In this document: in pieces, positions 1-11,067 of the stretch
Layout of the letters: the number at the start of each line of letters is the position of its first letter
Position numbering within the stretch: position 1 is the first letter of the stretch
Assembly: GCA_964016885.1 (NCBI GenBank)
Contig: CAXHJY010001196.1
Coordinates: forward strand, 1-30,604
Reading direction: 5' to 3'
Length of the DNA: 30,604 nt
Source: Eledone cirrhosa
Taxonomy: Eukaryota
The notes under the pieces: model-generated
What the model was told of the DNA's origin: nothing
The model's database searches: none
Seen by the model: the letters and a program-made list of their open reading frames with translations, nothing else
Program-made: the position numbers and the translations under genes

Positions 1-1045
1 TGTGTGTATACATTACATACACACACACATACACACACATACATACACACACACATACACACATACATACACACATACACACACACATACACACACATAC
101 ATACATACACACATACACACACACATACATACATACACACACACATACACACACATACATACACACACACATACACACATACATACACACATACACACAC
201 ACATACACATACATACATACATACACACATACACACACACATACACATACATACATACATACACACATACACACACACATACATACATACACACACACAT
301 ACACACACATACATACACACACACATACACACATACATACACACATACACACACACATACACACACATACATACATACACACATACACACACACATACAT
401 ACATACACACACACACATACATACATACACACACACATACATACACACACACATACACACATACATACACACATACATACACACATACACACACACATAC
501 AGACATACGCATACACATACACACATACACATACACACATCATACATACACATACACACACACACACACCTGCATGTGGATAGTCGCACTCACACACACA
601 CACACACACATACAGACACACACACATACACATAGACATACACACATACACACACACATACATACACACTCATTTGCATGTGGATACTCGCATTCACACA
701 CACACACATACATATACACATACATATACACACACCTGCATGTGGATAGTGGCACACACGCACATACATATACGCACATACATATACACACACGCACATA
801 CATATACACATACACACATATATACACACACACGCACATACATATACACATACACAAATATATACACACACACGCACATATATATACACATACACACATA
901 TATACATACACGCACATACATATACACATACACACATATATACACACTCACGTACATACATATACACATACACACATATATACATACACACGCACATACA
1001 TATACACATATATACATACACACACACATACATATACACATATAC
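1..1045. repeat. Compound (CA)n/(CATA)n microsatellite
   Basis: Continuous CA/CATA/TA units. The motif TGCATGTGGATA is embedded three times (~571, ~676, ~737). Confidence 0.95.
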
Positions 1046-1145
1046 AGAGAGAGTAGGGGGAGTAGGTAGAAAGAATGGAAGGGACGTGTTCAGAAAGAAG
1101 ACTTTTAAATGAGGTTGGCCGCAGAAATAAGGTGAATATGTAATA

Positions 1146-4100
1146 CTGTACAGTGTACAGTGTACAGTCTACAGTATACAGTGTACAGTATACAGTGTAC
1201 AGTGTACAGTATACAGTGTACAGTGTACAGTGTACAGTGTACAGTCTACAGTATACAGTGTACAGTATACAGTGTACAGTGTACAGTATACAGTGTACAG
1301 TGTACAGTGTACAGTGTACAGTCTACAGTATACAGTGTACAGTATACAGTGTACAGTGTACAGTATACAGTGTACAGTGTACAGTGTACAGTGTACAGTC
1401 TACAGTATACAGTGTACAGTATACAGTGTACAGTGTACAGTATACAGTGTACAGTGTACAGTATACAGTGTACAGTGTACAGTATACAGTGTACAGTATA
1501 CAGTGTACAGTGTACAGTATACAGTGTACAGTGTACAGTGTACAGTGTACAGTCTACAGTATACAGTGTACAGTATACAGTGTACAGTGTACAGTATACA
1601 GTGTACAGTCTACAGTATACAGTGTACAGTATACAGTGTACAGTGTACAGTATACAGTGTACAGTGTACAGTGTACAGTGTACAGTCTACAGTATACAGT
1701 GTACAGTATACAGTGTACAGTGTACAGTATACAGTATACAGTGTACAGTGTACAGTGTACAGTGTACAGTCTACAGTATACAGTGTACAGTATACAGTGT
1801 ACAGTGTACAGTATACAGTGTACAGTGTACAGTATACAGTGTACAGTGTACAGTATACAGTGTACAGTATACAGTGTACAGTGTACAGTATACAGTGTAC
1901 AGTGTACAGTGTACAGTGTACAGTCTACAGTCTACAGTATACAGTGTACAGTATACAGTGTACAGTGTACAGTATACAGTATACAGTGTACAGTGTACAG
2001 TATACAGTGTACAGTGTACAGTGTACAGTGTACAGTCTACAGTATACAGTGTACAGTATACAGTGTACAGTGTACAGTGTACAGTGTACAGTCTACAGTA
2101 TACAGTGTACAGTATACAGTGTACAGTGTACAGTGTACAGTGTACAGTCTACAGTATACAGTGTACAGTATACAGTGTACAGTGTACAGTGTTCAGTCTA
2201 CAGTATACAGTGTACAGTATACAGTGTACAGTGTACAGTATACAGTATACAGTGTACAGTGTACAGTATACAGTGTACAGTGTACAGTGTACAGTATACA
2301 GTGTACAGTGTACAGTGTACAGTGTACAGTATACAGTATACAGTATACAGTGTACAGTATACAGTGTACAGTGTACAGTCTACAGTGTACAGTGTACAGT
2401 ATACACTGTACACTGTACACTGTACACTGTATACTGTACACTGTATACTGTACACTGTACACTGTACACTGTACACTGTATACTGTACACTGTACACTGT
2501 ACACTGTACACTGTATACTGTACACTGTACACTGTACACTGTACACTGTACACTGTACACTGTACAGTCTACAGTATACAGTGTACAGTATACACTGTAC
2601 ACTGTACACTGTACACTGTATACTGTACATTGTATACTGTATACTGTACACTGTATACTGTACACTGTATACTGTATACTGTACACTGTACACTGTACAC
2701 TGTACACTGTATACTGTATACTGTACACTGTATACTGTATACTGTATACTGTATACTGTATACTGTATACTGTACACTGTATACTGTATACTGTACACTG
2801 TACACTGTACACTGTATACTGTATACTGTACACTGTACACTGTACACTGTACACTGTATACTGTACACTGTATACTGTATACTGTATACTGTATACTGTA
2901 TACTGTATACTGTACACTGTATACTGTATACTGTACACTGTACACTGTACACTGTATACTTTACACTGTACACTGTACACTGTACACTGTACACTGTATA
3001 CTGTACACTGTATACTGTACACTGTATACTGTACACTGTACACTGTACACTGTACAGTGTACACTGTACACTGTACACTGTACACTGTACACTGTACACT
3101 GTACACTGTACACTGTACACTGTATACTGTACACTGTATACTGTATACTGTATACTGTACACTGTACACTGTACACTGTACACTGTATACTGTACACTGT
3201 ACACTGTACACTGTATACTGTACACTGTATACTGTATACTGTACACTGTACACTGTATACTGTACACTGTACACTGTACACTGTACACTGTACACTGTAC
3301 AATGTACACTGTATACTGTACACTGTATACTGTATACTGTACACTGTACACTGTACACTGTATACTGTACACTGTACACTGTATACTGTACACTGTACAC
3401 TGTACACTGTACACTGTACACTGTACGCTGTACACTGTACACTGTACACTGTACACTGTATACTATACACTGTACACTATATATATATATATACTGTACA
3501 CTATACACTGTACACTGTACACTGTATACTGTACACTGTACACTGTATACTGTACACTGTACACTGTACACTGTACACTGTACACTGTACACTGTACACT
3601 GTATACTGTACACTGTACACTGTACACTGTACACTGTATACTGTACACTGTACACTGTACACTGTACACTGTACACTGTACAATGTACACTGTACACTGT
3701 ATACTGTACACTGTACACTGTACACTGTACACTGTATACTGTATACTGTACACTGTACACTGTACAATGTACACTGTATACTGTACACTGTACACTGTAT
3801 ACTGTACACTGTACACTGTACACTGTATACTGTACACTGTACACTGTATACTGTATACTATACACTGTACACTATATATATATATACTGTACACTATACA
3901 CTGTACACTGTACACTGTATACTGTACACTGTACACTGTATACTGTACACTGTACACTGTACACTGTATACTGTACACTGTACACTGTATACTGTACACT
4001 GTACACTGTACACTATATACTGTACACTGTACACTGTATACTGTACACTGTACACTGTACACTATATATATATATACACTGTACACTATACACTGTACAC

Positions 4101-4245
4101 TGTACACTGTATACTGTACACTGTACACTGTATACTGTACACTGTACACTGTATATATATATACACTGTATACTGTATGCTAGACACTGTATACTGTATG
4201 CTAGACACTGTATACTGTACACTGTACACTGTACACTGTACACTG

Positions 4246-4246
<1 letters not shown>
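1146..4246. repeat. 7-bp satellite (TGTACAG/TATACAG)n that switches to its reverse complement (CTGTACA/CTGTATA)n at ~2400
   Basis: Period 7 throughout. The left part is ...GTACAGT... and the right part is ...GTACACT..., with a short re-inversion at ~2562-2590. Confidence 0.95.
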
Positions 4247-4281
<35 letters not shown>

Positions 4282-4293
<12 letters not shown>

Positions 4294-4423
4294 CACTATA
4301 TATATATAGTGTGAGGAAGTATACATGTTGATACACACACATACATATATATATATATGTATGTGTGTGTGTATCAACATGTATACCTCCTCACACTATA
4401 TATATATAGTGTATATATATATA
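4282..4423. repeat. ~140-bp near-perfect palindrome centred on (TA)n
   Basis: TATAGTGTGAGGAAGTATACATGTTGATACACACACATAC mirrors GTATGTGTGTGTGTATCAACATGTATACCTCCTCACACTATA, with one substitution and one extra GT unit. Confidence 0.9.
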
Positions 4424-4510
4424 CAGTATACAGTATATATATATATACAAATGTGTGTGTGTTTATATTGAGGGATGAAGAAGAAATATGACGAAAATAA
4501 GACATGATGG

Positions 4511-4921
4511 GGAGATGGAGTGGAAGGGAGAGTGAAGGTGAGATGGGGAGGAAGGGAGAGTGAAGGTGAGATGGGGAGGAAGGGAGAGTGAAGGTGAGAT
4601 GGGGAGGAAGGGAGAGTGAAGGTGAGATGGGGAGGAAGGGACAGTGAAGGTGAGATGGGGAGGAAGGGAGAGTGAAGGTGAGATGGGGAGGAAGGGAGAG
4701 TGAAGGTGAGATGGGGAGGAAGGGAGAGTGAAGTTGAGGTGGGGAGGAAGGGAGAGTGAAGGTGAGATGGGGAGGAAGGGAGAGTGAAGTTGAGATGGGG
4801 AGGAAGGGAGAGTGAAGGTGAGATGGAGTGGAAGGGAGAATGAAGGTGAGATGGGGAGGAAGGGAGAGTGAAGGTTAGATGGGGAGGAAAGGAGAGTGAA
4901 GGTGAGATGGAGGGTGAAAGT
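4511..4921. repeat. 28-bp purine-rich minisatellite (GAGAGTGAAGGTGAGATGGGGAGGAAGG)n, ~14 copies
   Basis: Units start at 4528, 4556 and onward; period 28. Confidence 0.93.
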
Positions 4922-4980
4922 GAGAGCGAGAGAGGAAGAGAGTATAAATGGGAGTGAGAGAGGGGTTACTTATACTGTAA

Positions 4981-5600
4981 ATATGTTAGATATTTATGTT
5001 ATATATATATATACTATATATATTTATATATATTTTATGTTATATATATTATATATATTTTATATATATAATATATATTATATATATTTTATATGTTATA
5101 TTTATTATATATATTTTATATATATAATATATATTTTATATGTTATATTTATTATATATATTTTATATGTTATATATATAATATATATTTCATATGTTAT
5201 ATATATTATATATATTTTATATATATAATATATATTATATATATTTTATATGTTATATTTATTATATATATTTTATATGTTATATTTATTATATATATTT
5301 TATATGTTATATTTATTATATATGTTATATATATTATATATATTTTGTTATATATGTTATATATATTATATATTTATATATTTGTATATGCTATATATAT
5401 TATATATATTTTTTATATATTATATATATTTTATATATTTATATGTTATACATGTTATATATTTATATATTTGTATATGCTATATATATTATATGTATTT
5501 TATATATATATTATATATATTTTATATATATTTTATATGTTATATACGTTATATATGTTATATATATTTATATGTTATATATTTATATATATTTTATAGC
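4981..5600. repeat. AT-rich low-complexity tract (degenerate TA/TTA)
   Basis: Almost exclusively A/T, with recurring TATATGTTATAT units. Confidence 0.9.
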
Positions 5601-5708
5601 AAATATTTATTGTAACTTGTTTTTATATCCATTACTTCATGTTTTATATCGGTTCTCCTGGTTTTGTATTTATTTATGCATTCATACATGTACATAGGTC
5701 TACATACA

Positions 5709-5766
<58 letters not shown>

Positions 5767-6024
5767 TACACTAATGTATCTATATAGATAGGTGTGTGTG
5801 TGTGTTCATATATAACATGGTTATTTACTATCGTGGGTTGGTAATTTAAATAATGGAACAAATACATGTAAAGAAATAGGAAAAACAGAAAAAAAAGAGA
5901 CAAAGATATGTGTGAGTGTGAGTGTGAGTAAGAGAGTGAGTGAGAGAAATTGTGGAGATGGAGAAACTAGAATAGACGTAGAGGGAGGGGGAGGGGGAAG
6001 AGTAATGGAAATACTATACTGAGA

Positions 6025-6096
6025 AAAATGAAACATTATATATATATGTATATATATATATATATATATATACATATATATATAATGTTTCATTTT
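6025..6096. repeat. 72-bp palindrome centred on (TA)n
   Basis: AAAATGAAACATTATATATATATGTA...TACATATATATATAATGTTTCATTTT. Confidence 0.9.
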
Positions 6097-6134
6097 ATAT
6101 GTGAGAAAAACCACAGACCCTCCATCTCAACTCA

Positions 6135-6172
6135 CCTTTTGAAAAGCAGAAGAACTGCGAAACCGGTAAAGG
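6135..6172 (+). ncRNA. Minimal type I hammerhead ribozyme motif, U3-A8 core variant
   Basis: Stem I CCTT(6135-38)/AAGG(6169-72); core TTGAAAA(6139-45); stem II GCAG-AAGAA-CTGC; GAA; palindromic stem III ACCGGT; predicted GUA cleavage after 6168. Confidence 0.7.
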
Positions 6173-6294
6173 AACCAAATAAAAATATATATATTTTTAA
6201 AAAAAATAAGACTTCAGTTGCATTTTCTTTATACTTTCACTCGTGTAGGACACCTCGGTTATTTTTCATTTTGTAAAAAAAACCTCACTTTCTA

Positions 6295-6421
<127 letters not shown>

Positions 6422-6533
6422 TAGAATATTCGAAAATATTCTGTATGTTTATAATAAACATTTTGAAGACCTAATCGCTATAGAATAGAATACGTCACGT
6501 ATTACAATTAGATTCTCGATAAAAGCAAGGGAA

Positions 6534-6576
6534 GTAATCTACGCGTTTCATTCTTGTTAGAAATCATCAGGACTAC
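6534..6576 (-). ncRNA. Type I hammerhead ribozyme (array copy)
   Basis: Reverse complement of GTAGTC-CTGATGA-TTTCTAACAAGAAT-GAAACGCGTA-GATTAC. Confidence 0.85.
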
Positions 6577-6843
6577 ATATCCAGTGCTTTTATCGAGAAT
6601 GACACAGCTAGAGACTTATAGAATACTTAGCTGTGTACAGGAACTGGTTTGAAAGAGCGGTTGCCGGTCCGGCAGAAATTAGAAATTGGAATAAATGCTC
6701 TGAAATAGCGATATATATGTGAATATAGACATAGAATATTCGAAAATATTCTGTATGTTTATAATAAACATTTTGAAGACCTAATCGCTATAGAATAGAA
6801 TACGTCACGTATTACAATTAGATTCTCGATAAAAGCAAGGGAA

Positions 6844-6886
6844 GTAATCTACGCGTTTCATTCTTGTTAGAAATCATCAGGACTAC
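6844..6886 (-). ncRNA. Type I hammerhead ribozyme (array copy)
   Basis: Same motif, offset by 310 bp. Confidence 0.85.
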
Positions 6887-7098
6887 ATATCCAGTGCTTT
6901 TATCGAGAATGACACAGCTAGAGACTTATAGAATACTTAGCTGTGTACAGGAACTGGTTTGAAAGAGCGGTTGCCGGTCCGGCAGAAATTAGAAATTGGA
7001 ATAAATGCTCTGAAATAGCGATATATATGTGAATATAGACAGAATATTCGAAAATATTCTGTATGTTTATAATCATTCTCGATAAAAGCACTGGATAT

Positions 7099-7141
7099 GT
7101 AGTCCTGATGATTTCTAACAAGAATGAAACGCGTAGATTAC
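7099..7141 (+). ncRNA. Type I hammerhead ribozyme (array copy)
   Basis: Stem I GTAGTC/GATTAC (one G-U); core CTGATGA 7105-11; stem II TTCT-AACA-AGAA with U.U at its base; GAAA; palindromic stem III ACGCGT; GUA site after 7135. Stem I is extended by a 16-bp inverted repeat at 7075-7090/7148-7163. Confidence 0.87.
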
Positions 7142-7408
7142 TTCCCTTGCTTTTATCGAGAATCTAATTGTAATACGTGACGTATTCTATTCTATAGCGA
7201 TTAGGTCTTCAAAATGTTTATTATAAACATACAGAATATTTTCGAATATTCTATGTCTATATTCACATATATATCGCTATTTCAGAGCATTTATTCCAAT
7301 TTCTAATTTCTGCCGGACCGGCAACCGCTCTTTCAAACCAGTTCCTGTACACAGCTAAGTATTCTATAAGTCTCTAGCTGTGTCATTCTCGATAAAAGCA
7401 CTGGATAT

Positions 7409-7451
7409 GTAGTCCTGATGATTTCTAACAAGAATGAAACGCGTAGATTAC
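7409..7451 (+). ncRNA. Type I hammerhead ribozyme (array copy)
   Basis: Identical motif; predicted cleavage after 7445. Confidence 0.87.
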
Positions 7452-7718
7452 TTCCCTTGCTTTTATCGAGAATCTAATTGTAATACGTGACGTATTTTAT
7501 TCTATAGCGATTAGGTCTTCAAAATGTTTATTATAAACATACAGAATATTTTCGAATATTCTATGTCTATATTCACATATATATCGCTATTTCAGAGCAT
7601 TTATTCCAATTTCTAATTTCTGCCGGACCGGCAACCGCTCTTTCAAACCAGTTCCTGTACACAGCTAAGTATTCTATAAGTCTCTAGCTGTGTCATTCTC
7701 GATAAAAGCACTGGATAT

Positions 7719-7761
7719 GTAGTCCTGATGATTTCTAACAAGAATGAAACGCGTAGATTAC
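7719..7761 (+). ncRNA. Type I hammerhead ribozyme (array copy)
   Basis: Identical motif; predicted cleavage after 7755. Confidence 0.87.
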
Positions 7762-8028
7762 TTCCCTTGCTTTTATCGAGAATCTAATTGTAATACGTGA
7801 CGTATTCTATTCTATAGCGATTAGGTCTTCAAAATGTTTATTATAAACATACAGAATATTTTCGAATATTCTATGTCTATATTCACATATATATCGCTAT
7901 TTCAGAGCATTTATTCCAATTTCTAATTTCTGCCGGACCGGCAACCGCTCTTTCAAACCAGTTCCTGTACACAGCTAAGTATTCTATAAGTCTCTAGCTG
8001 TGTCATTCTCGATAAAAGCACTGGATAT

Positions 8029-8071
8029 GTAGTCCTGATGATTTCTAACAAGAATGAAACGCGTAGATTAC
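8029..8071 (+). ncRNA. Type I hammerhead ribozyme (array copy)
   Basis: Identical motif; predicted cleavage after 8065. Confidence 0.87.
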
Positions 8072-8338
8072 TTCCCTTGCTTTTATCGAGAATCTAATTG
8101 TAATACGTGACGTATTCTATTCTATAGCGATTAGGTCTTCAAAATGTTTATTATAAACATACAGAATATTTTCGAATATTCTATGTCTATATTCACATAT
8201 ATATCGCTATTTCAGAGCATTTATTCCAATTTCTAATTTCTGCCGGACCGGCAACCGCTCTTTCAAACCAGTTCCTGTACACAGCTAAGTATTCTATAAG
8301 TCTCTAGCTGTGTCATTCTCGATAAAAGCACTGGATAT

Positions 8339-8381
8339 GTAGTCCTGATGATTTCTAACAAGAATGAAACGCGTAGATTAC
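8339..8381 (+). ncRNA. Type I hammerhead ribozyme (array copy)
   Basis: Identical motif; predicted cleavage after 8375. Confidence 0.87.
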
Positions 8382-8648
8382 TTCCCTTGCTTTTATCGAG
8401 AATCTAATTGTAATACGTGACGTATTCTATTCTATAGCGATTAGGTCTTCAAAATGTTTATTATAAACATACAGAATATTTTCGAATATTCTATGTCTAT
8501 ATTCACATATATATCGCTATTTCAGAGCATTTATTCCAATTTCTAATTTCTGCCGGACCGGCAACCGCTCTTTCAAACCAGTTCCTGTACACAGCTAAGT
8601 ATTCTATAAGTCTCTAGCTGTGTCATTCTCGATAAAAGCACTGGATAT

Positions 8649-8691
8649 GTAGTCCTGATGATTTCTAACAAGAATGAAACGCGTAGATTAC
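8649..8691 (+). ncRNA. Type I hammerhead ribozyme (array copy)
   Basis: Identical motif; predicted cleavage after 8685. Confidence 0.87.
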
Positions 8692-8850
8692 TTCCCTTGC
8701 TTTTATCGAGAATCTAATTGTAATACGTGACGTATTCTATTCTATAGCGATTAGGTCTTCAAAATGTTTATTATAAACATACAGAATATTTTCGAATATT
8801 CTATGTCTATATTCACATATATATCGCTATTTCAGAGCATTTATTCCAAT

Positions 8851-9062
<212 letters not shown>

Positions 9063-9182
9063 ATGTAAAAGGTAAACAGAAATAACAACACAATCGATAC
9101 AGTATATGGAAGGGATATATTAGGTTAACGCTTGATATAGCAAGAGAATCTTAACGTTTCGGACGCTAGTCTTTCATCAGAA
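9063..9182 (-). mobile_element. 5'-truncated Penelope-like 3' fragment with degenerate minimal hammerhead (9151-9182)
   Basis: The - strand reads TT-CTGATGA-AA-GAC-TAGC-GTC-C-GAAACGTT-AAG. The 5' arm of stem I is replaced by (TA)n, and the fragment is flanked by TA on both sides. Confidence 0.6.
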
Positions 9183-9221
9183 TATATATATATGTGGGTG
9201 TGTGTGGGTGTGTATGTATAT

Positions 9222-9408
9222 AATTCGGGACCCCGACGGCTGAGCTCCGGCCGTTTCAACAGCTAAATCCGAATGCGTTCGGATGTAGCTGTTAAGACAG
9301 CGGGAGCTCAGCCGTCGGGGTCCCGAATTTTTCATATTACCCACTCTACTACCCCAAGTATCGAGTACTCTGGCGAGTAATGGTCTAACTGGTTTTTAAC
9401 CGTCTCTA

Positions 9409-9413
<5 letters not shown>
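9222..9413 (+). mobile_element. Fold-back element (108-bp hairpin plus tail), same family as 28354-28566
   Basis: 27-bp perfect inverted repeat 9222-9248/9303-9329, inner stem 9258-9273/9278-9293 and a TGCG loop. The tail TATTACCCACTCTACTACCCCAAGTA is shared with 28485-28510. Confidence 0.8.
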
Positions 9414-9464
<51 letters not shown>

Positions 9465-9467
9465 TAT

Positions 9468-9563
<96 letters not shown>
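9414..9563. repeat. (TA)n followed by (CA)n microsatellite
   Basis: Direct reading of the sequence. Confidence 0.95.
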
Positions 9564-9564
<1 letters not shown>

Positions 9565-9565
<1 letters not shown>

Positions 9566-10649
9566 CTATATATATAAATCAGAGGATGTCTGTCTGTCTG
9601 TGTAAATCCGTAAATATCGAGAAGTACCCGAGCGATTTTCAAACTTTACACATGCGTTACTTATATTTCTCGAAGTGCAATGGGCTAAACAATTTTAACT
9701 TTAACTGCATTAGGCGAAAAACCGCATTTTAAAGGCATTTTTAGGCTTTTTTGCCGATTTCCTCGAAATTCCCTTAATGGTTTCTAGGAAATTTACGAGT
9801 TAGAATTGGGCATTACATGGCTTTTTCATTTTCAATATAAACGCTACTTAAACATCGTAAGTAGCGTATAATATTTCGTTAAAAATTTGGTTTATTTAAC
9901 AGAGAACACAACACTTACTTTTAAGCAAGACCATTTTCGGGGGATTGAGGAAATGAGGAGGACCTTAAAATGTTTGTCGGCGCCCTCTTAACGTGTCGTG
10001 CTTTCATTACGCGCAAATCCGGGCCCTGTGTACGTTGCCGTGTTACAGACACCGTAAAACTCACGTCTGTGCTATTTCTACTAAGACCCCTTTTGTTGCA
10101 CCTACACCGCAGTATGAACGCCCTGCGCAAGTACGGCGAACAGCGGTTGTGTTAATTCCGCGGTGACCCCTCTGTAAACGCAGTGCAACCAGTGCCGCCC
10201 AGCGTTTGTACTAATTGCACTATGACCCCTTCTGCTGCAGCTGCGTTGCCACGCTGATTTCGTCATCTCAATATCCCTACTTAAACGTACATCCCTACTT
10301 GGTTTTCACACAATTGACTACGTCGCTCCCTCAGATGATGTCAGTCCGGATGACTGGGTGCGAATCTATAAAACACGAAAAGTACCTAACTGATTTTCTC
10401 CAAATGGAAGAAAAATTATACTCTAAGATTTAGTAAGCTTAAAGAGTATCCAGCTGATTTTCTTTAGATTTTGCACATGCATGCAGGTGTTTCACGATTC
10501 GGGCCTGCTGGTGTTCTGCGTTTCCAGTAGATGAACAATCATTCCCTGAGAATAAGGGAATTCAAAAAGTACACAGCTACATTCCTCAATCTTTGCATAT
10601 GCGTGTTGCTACGTTTCCTACCCCGTGCAACGCAGGGTCCTGCTGCTAG
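9565..10649 (+). mobile_element. Non-autonomous Helitron-like element (~1.1 kb)
   Basis: 5' TCTATATATATAAA is followed by (GTCT)n. A 3' GC-rich hairpin CCCGTGCAACGCAGGG (10622-10637) precedes terminal CTAG (10646-49), which is followed by T. The 5' flank is C rather than the canonical A. No Rep/Hel ORF. Confidence 0.72.
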
Positions 10650-10737
10650 TATATATATATATAGTTCAAGGAGACAACAGAGGTACAAAAGGTCTTATTA
10701 GTTTCACGCTTTATATATATATATATATATATATATA

Positions 10738-11067
10738 AACATATAATCATATGATTCCAGTTCCTCAGTGCAATAACGACCCAAACAGGAATTGGGCATA
10801 TCAGAGTATTGACAAAGTTAAACATCTCAACAACATGTGTACCTGTCTCTACCACATTAATTGGGACTGCCTGAAGAGGTCATAGCCAAAGATGGCTGTC
10901 ACCGAAATATATATAGCAGTAATAAACTAAGCCAAATTTTAAATATTTGACTTATTTATTTTAGTTTATTTTACATTACTCCGGAGTAACCAAACTAGCC
11001 TGCGCACTTCGTCGAGTGCTCCAATCTGCATACTGAGGTGTTGGTATACAACCAACATATACTCAAT
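10738..11067 (+). mobile_element. ~330-bp solo hammerhead-bearing element between (TA)n tracts (retrozyme/pLTR-like)
   Basis: Non-repetitive segment bounded by TA runs, with an internal HHR and several downstream hairpins (AATAAACTAA/TTAGTTTATT, TTACTCCGGAGTAA, GCACT/AGTGC, TGTTGGT/ACCAACA). Confidence 0.6.
10866..10920 (+). ncRNA. Type I hammerhead ribozyme motif
   Basis: Stem I ACTGC/GCAGT; core CTGAAGA 10871-77; long stem II GGT-c-ATAGCC-AAAGAT-GGCTGT-c-ACC; GAAA; palindromic stem III ATATATAT; predicted AUA cleavage after 10915. Confidence 0.8.

Larger units (their letters stand above)
7074..8850 (+). mobile_element. 310-bp hammerhead-containing tandem repeat (non-LTR retrozyme-like), ~5.7 units
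   Basis: GATAAAAGCACTGG recurs at 7081, 7391, 7701, 8011, 8321 and 8631. One HHR per unit. The only substitution I noticed is C>T at 7497. No coding capacity; the array ends in (TA)n. Confidence 0.88.

Noticed and set aside
1153-4331. ~1000-aa ORFs in three frames (YSVQCTV repeats)
   Set aside because: The 7-bp unit lacks stop codons in every frame, so these are repeat artefacts.
4511-4921. Functional G-quadruplex or telomere-like repeat
   Set aside because: G-runs are present but irregular (2-4 G), and nothing beyond composition supports a function.
9921-10433. Short ORFs as Helitron Rep/helicase remnants
   Set aside because: I recognised no HUH or PIF1 helicase motifs.
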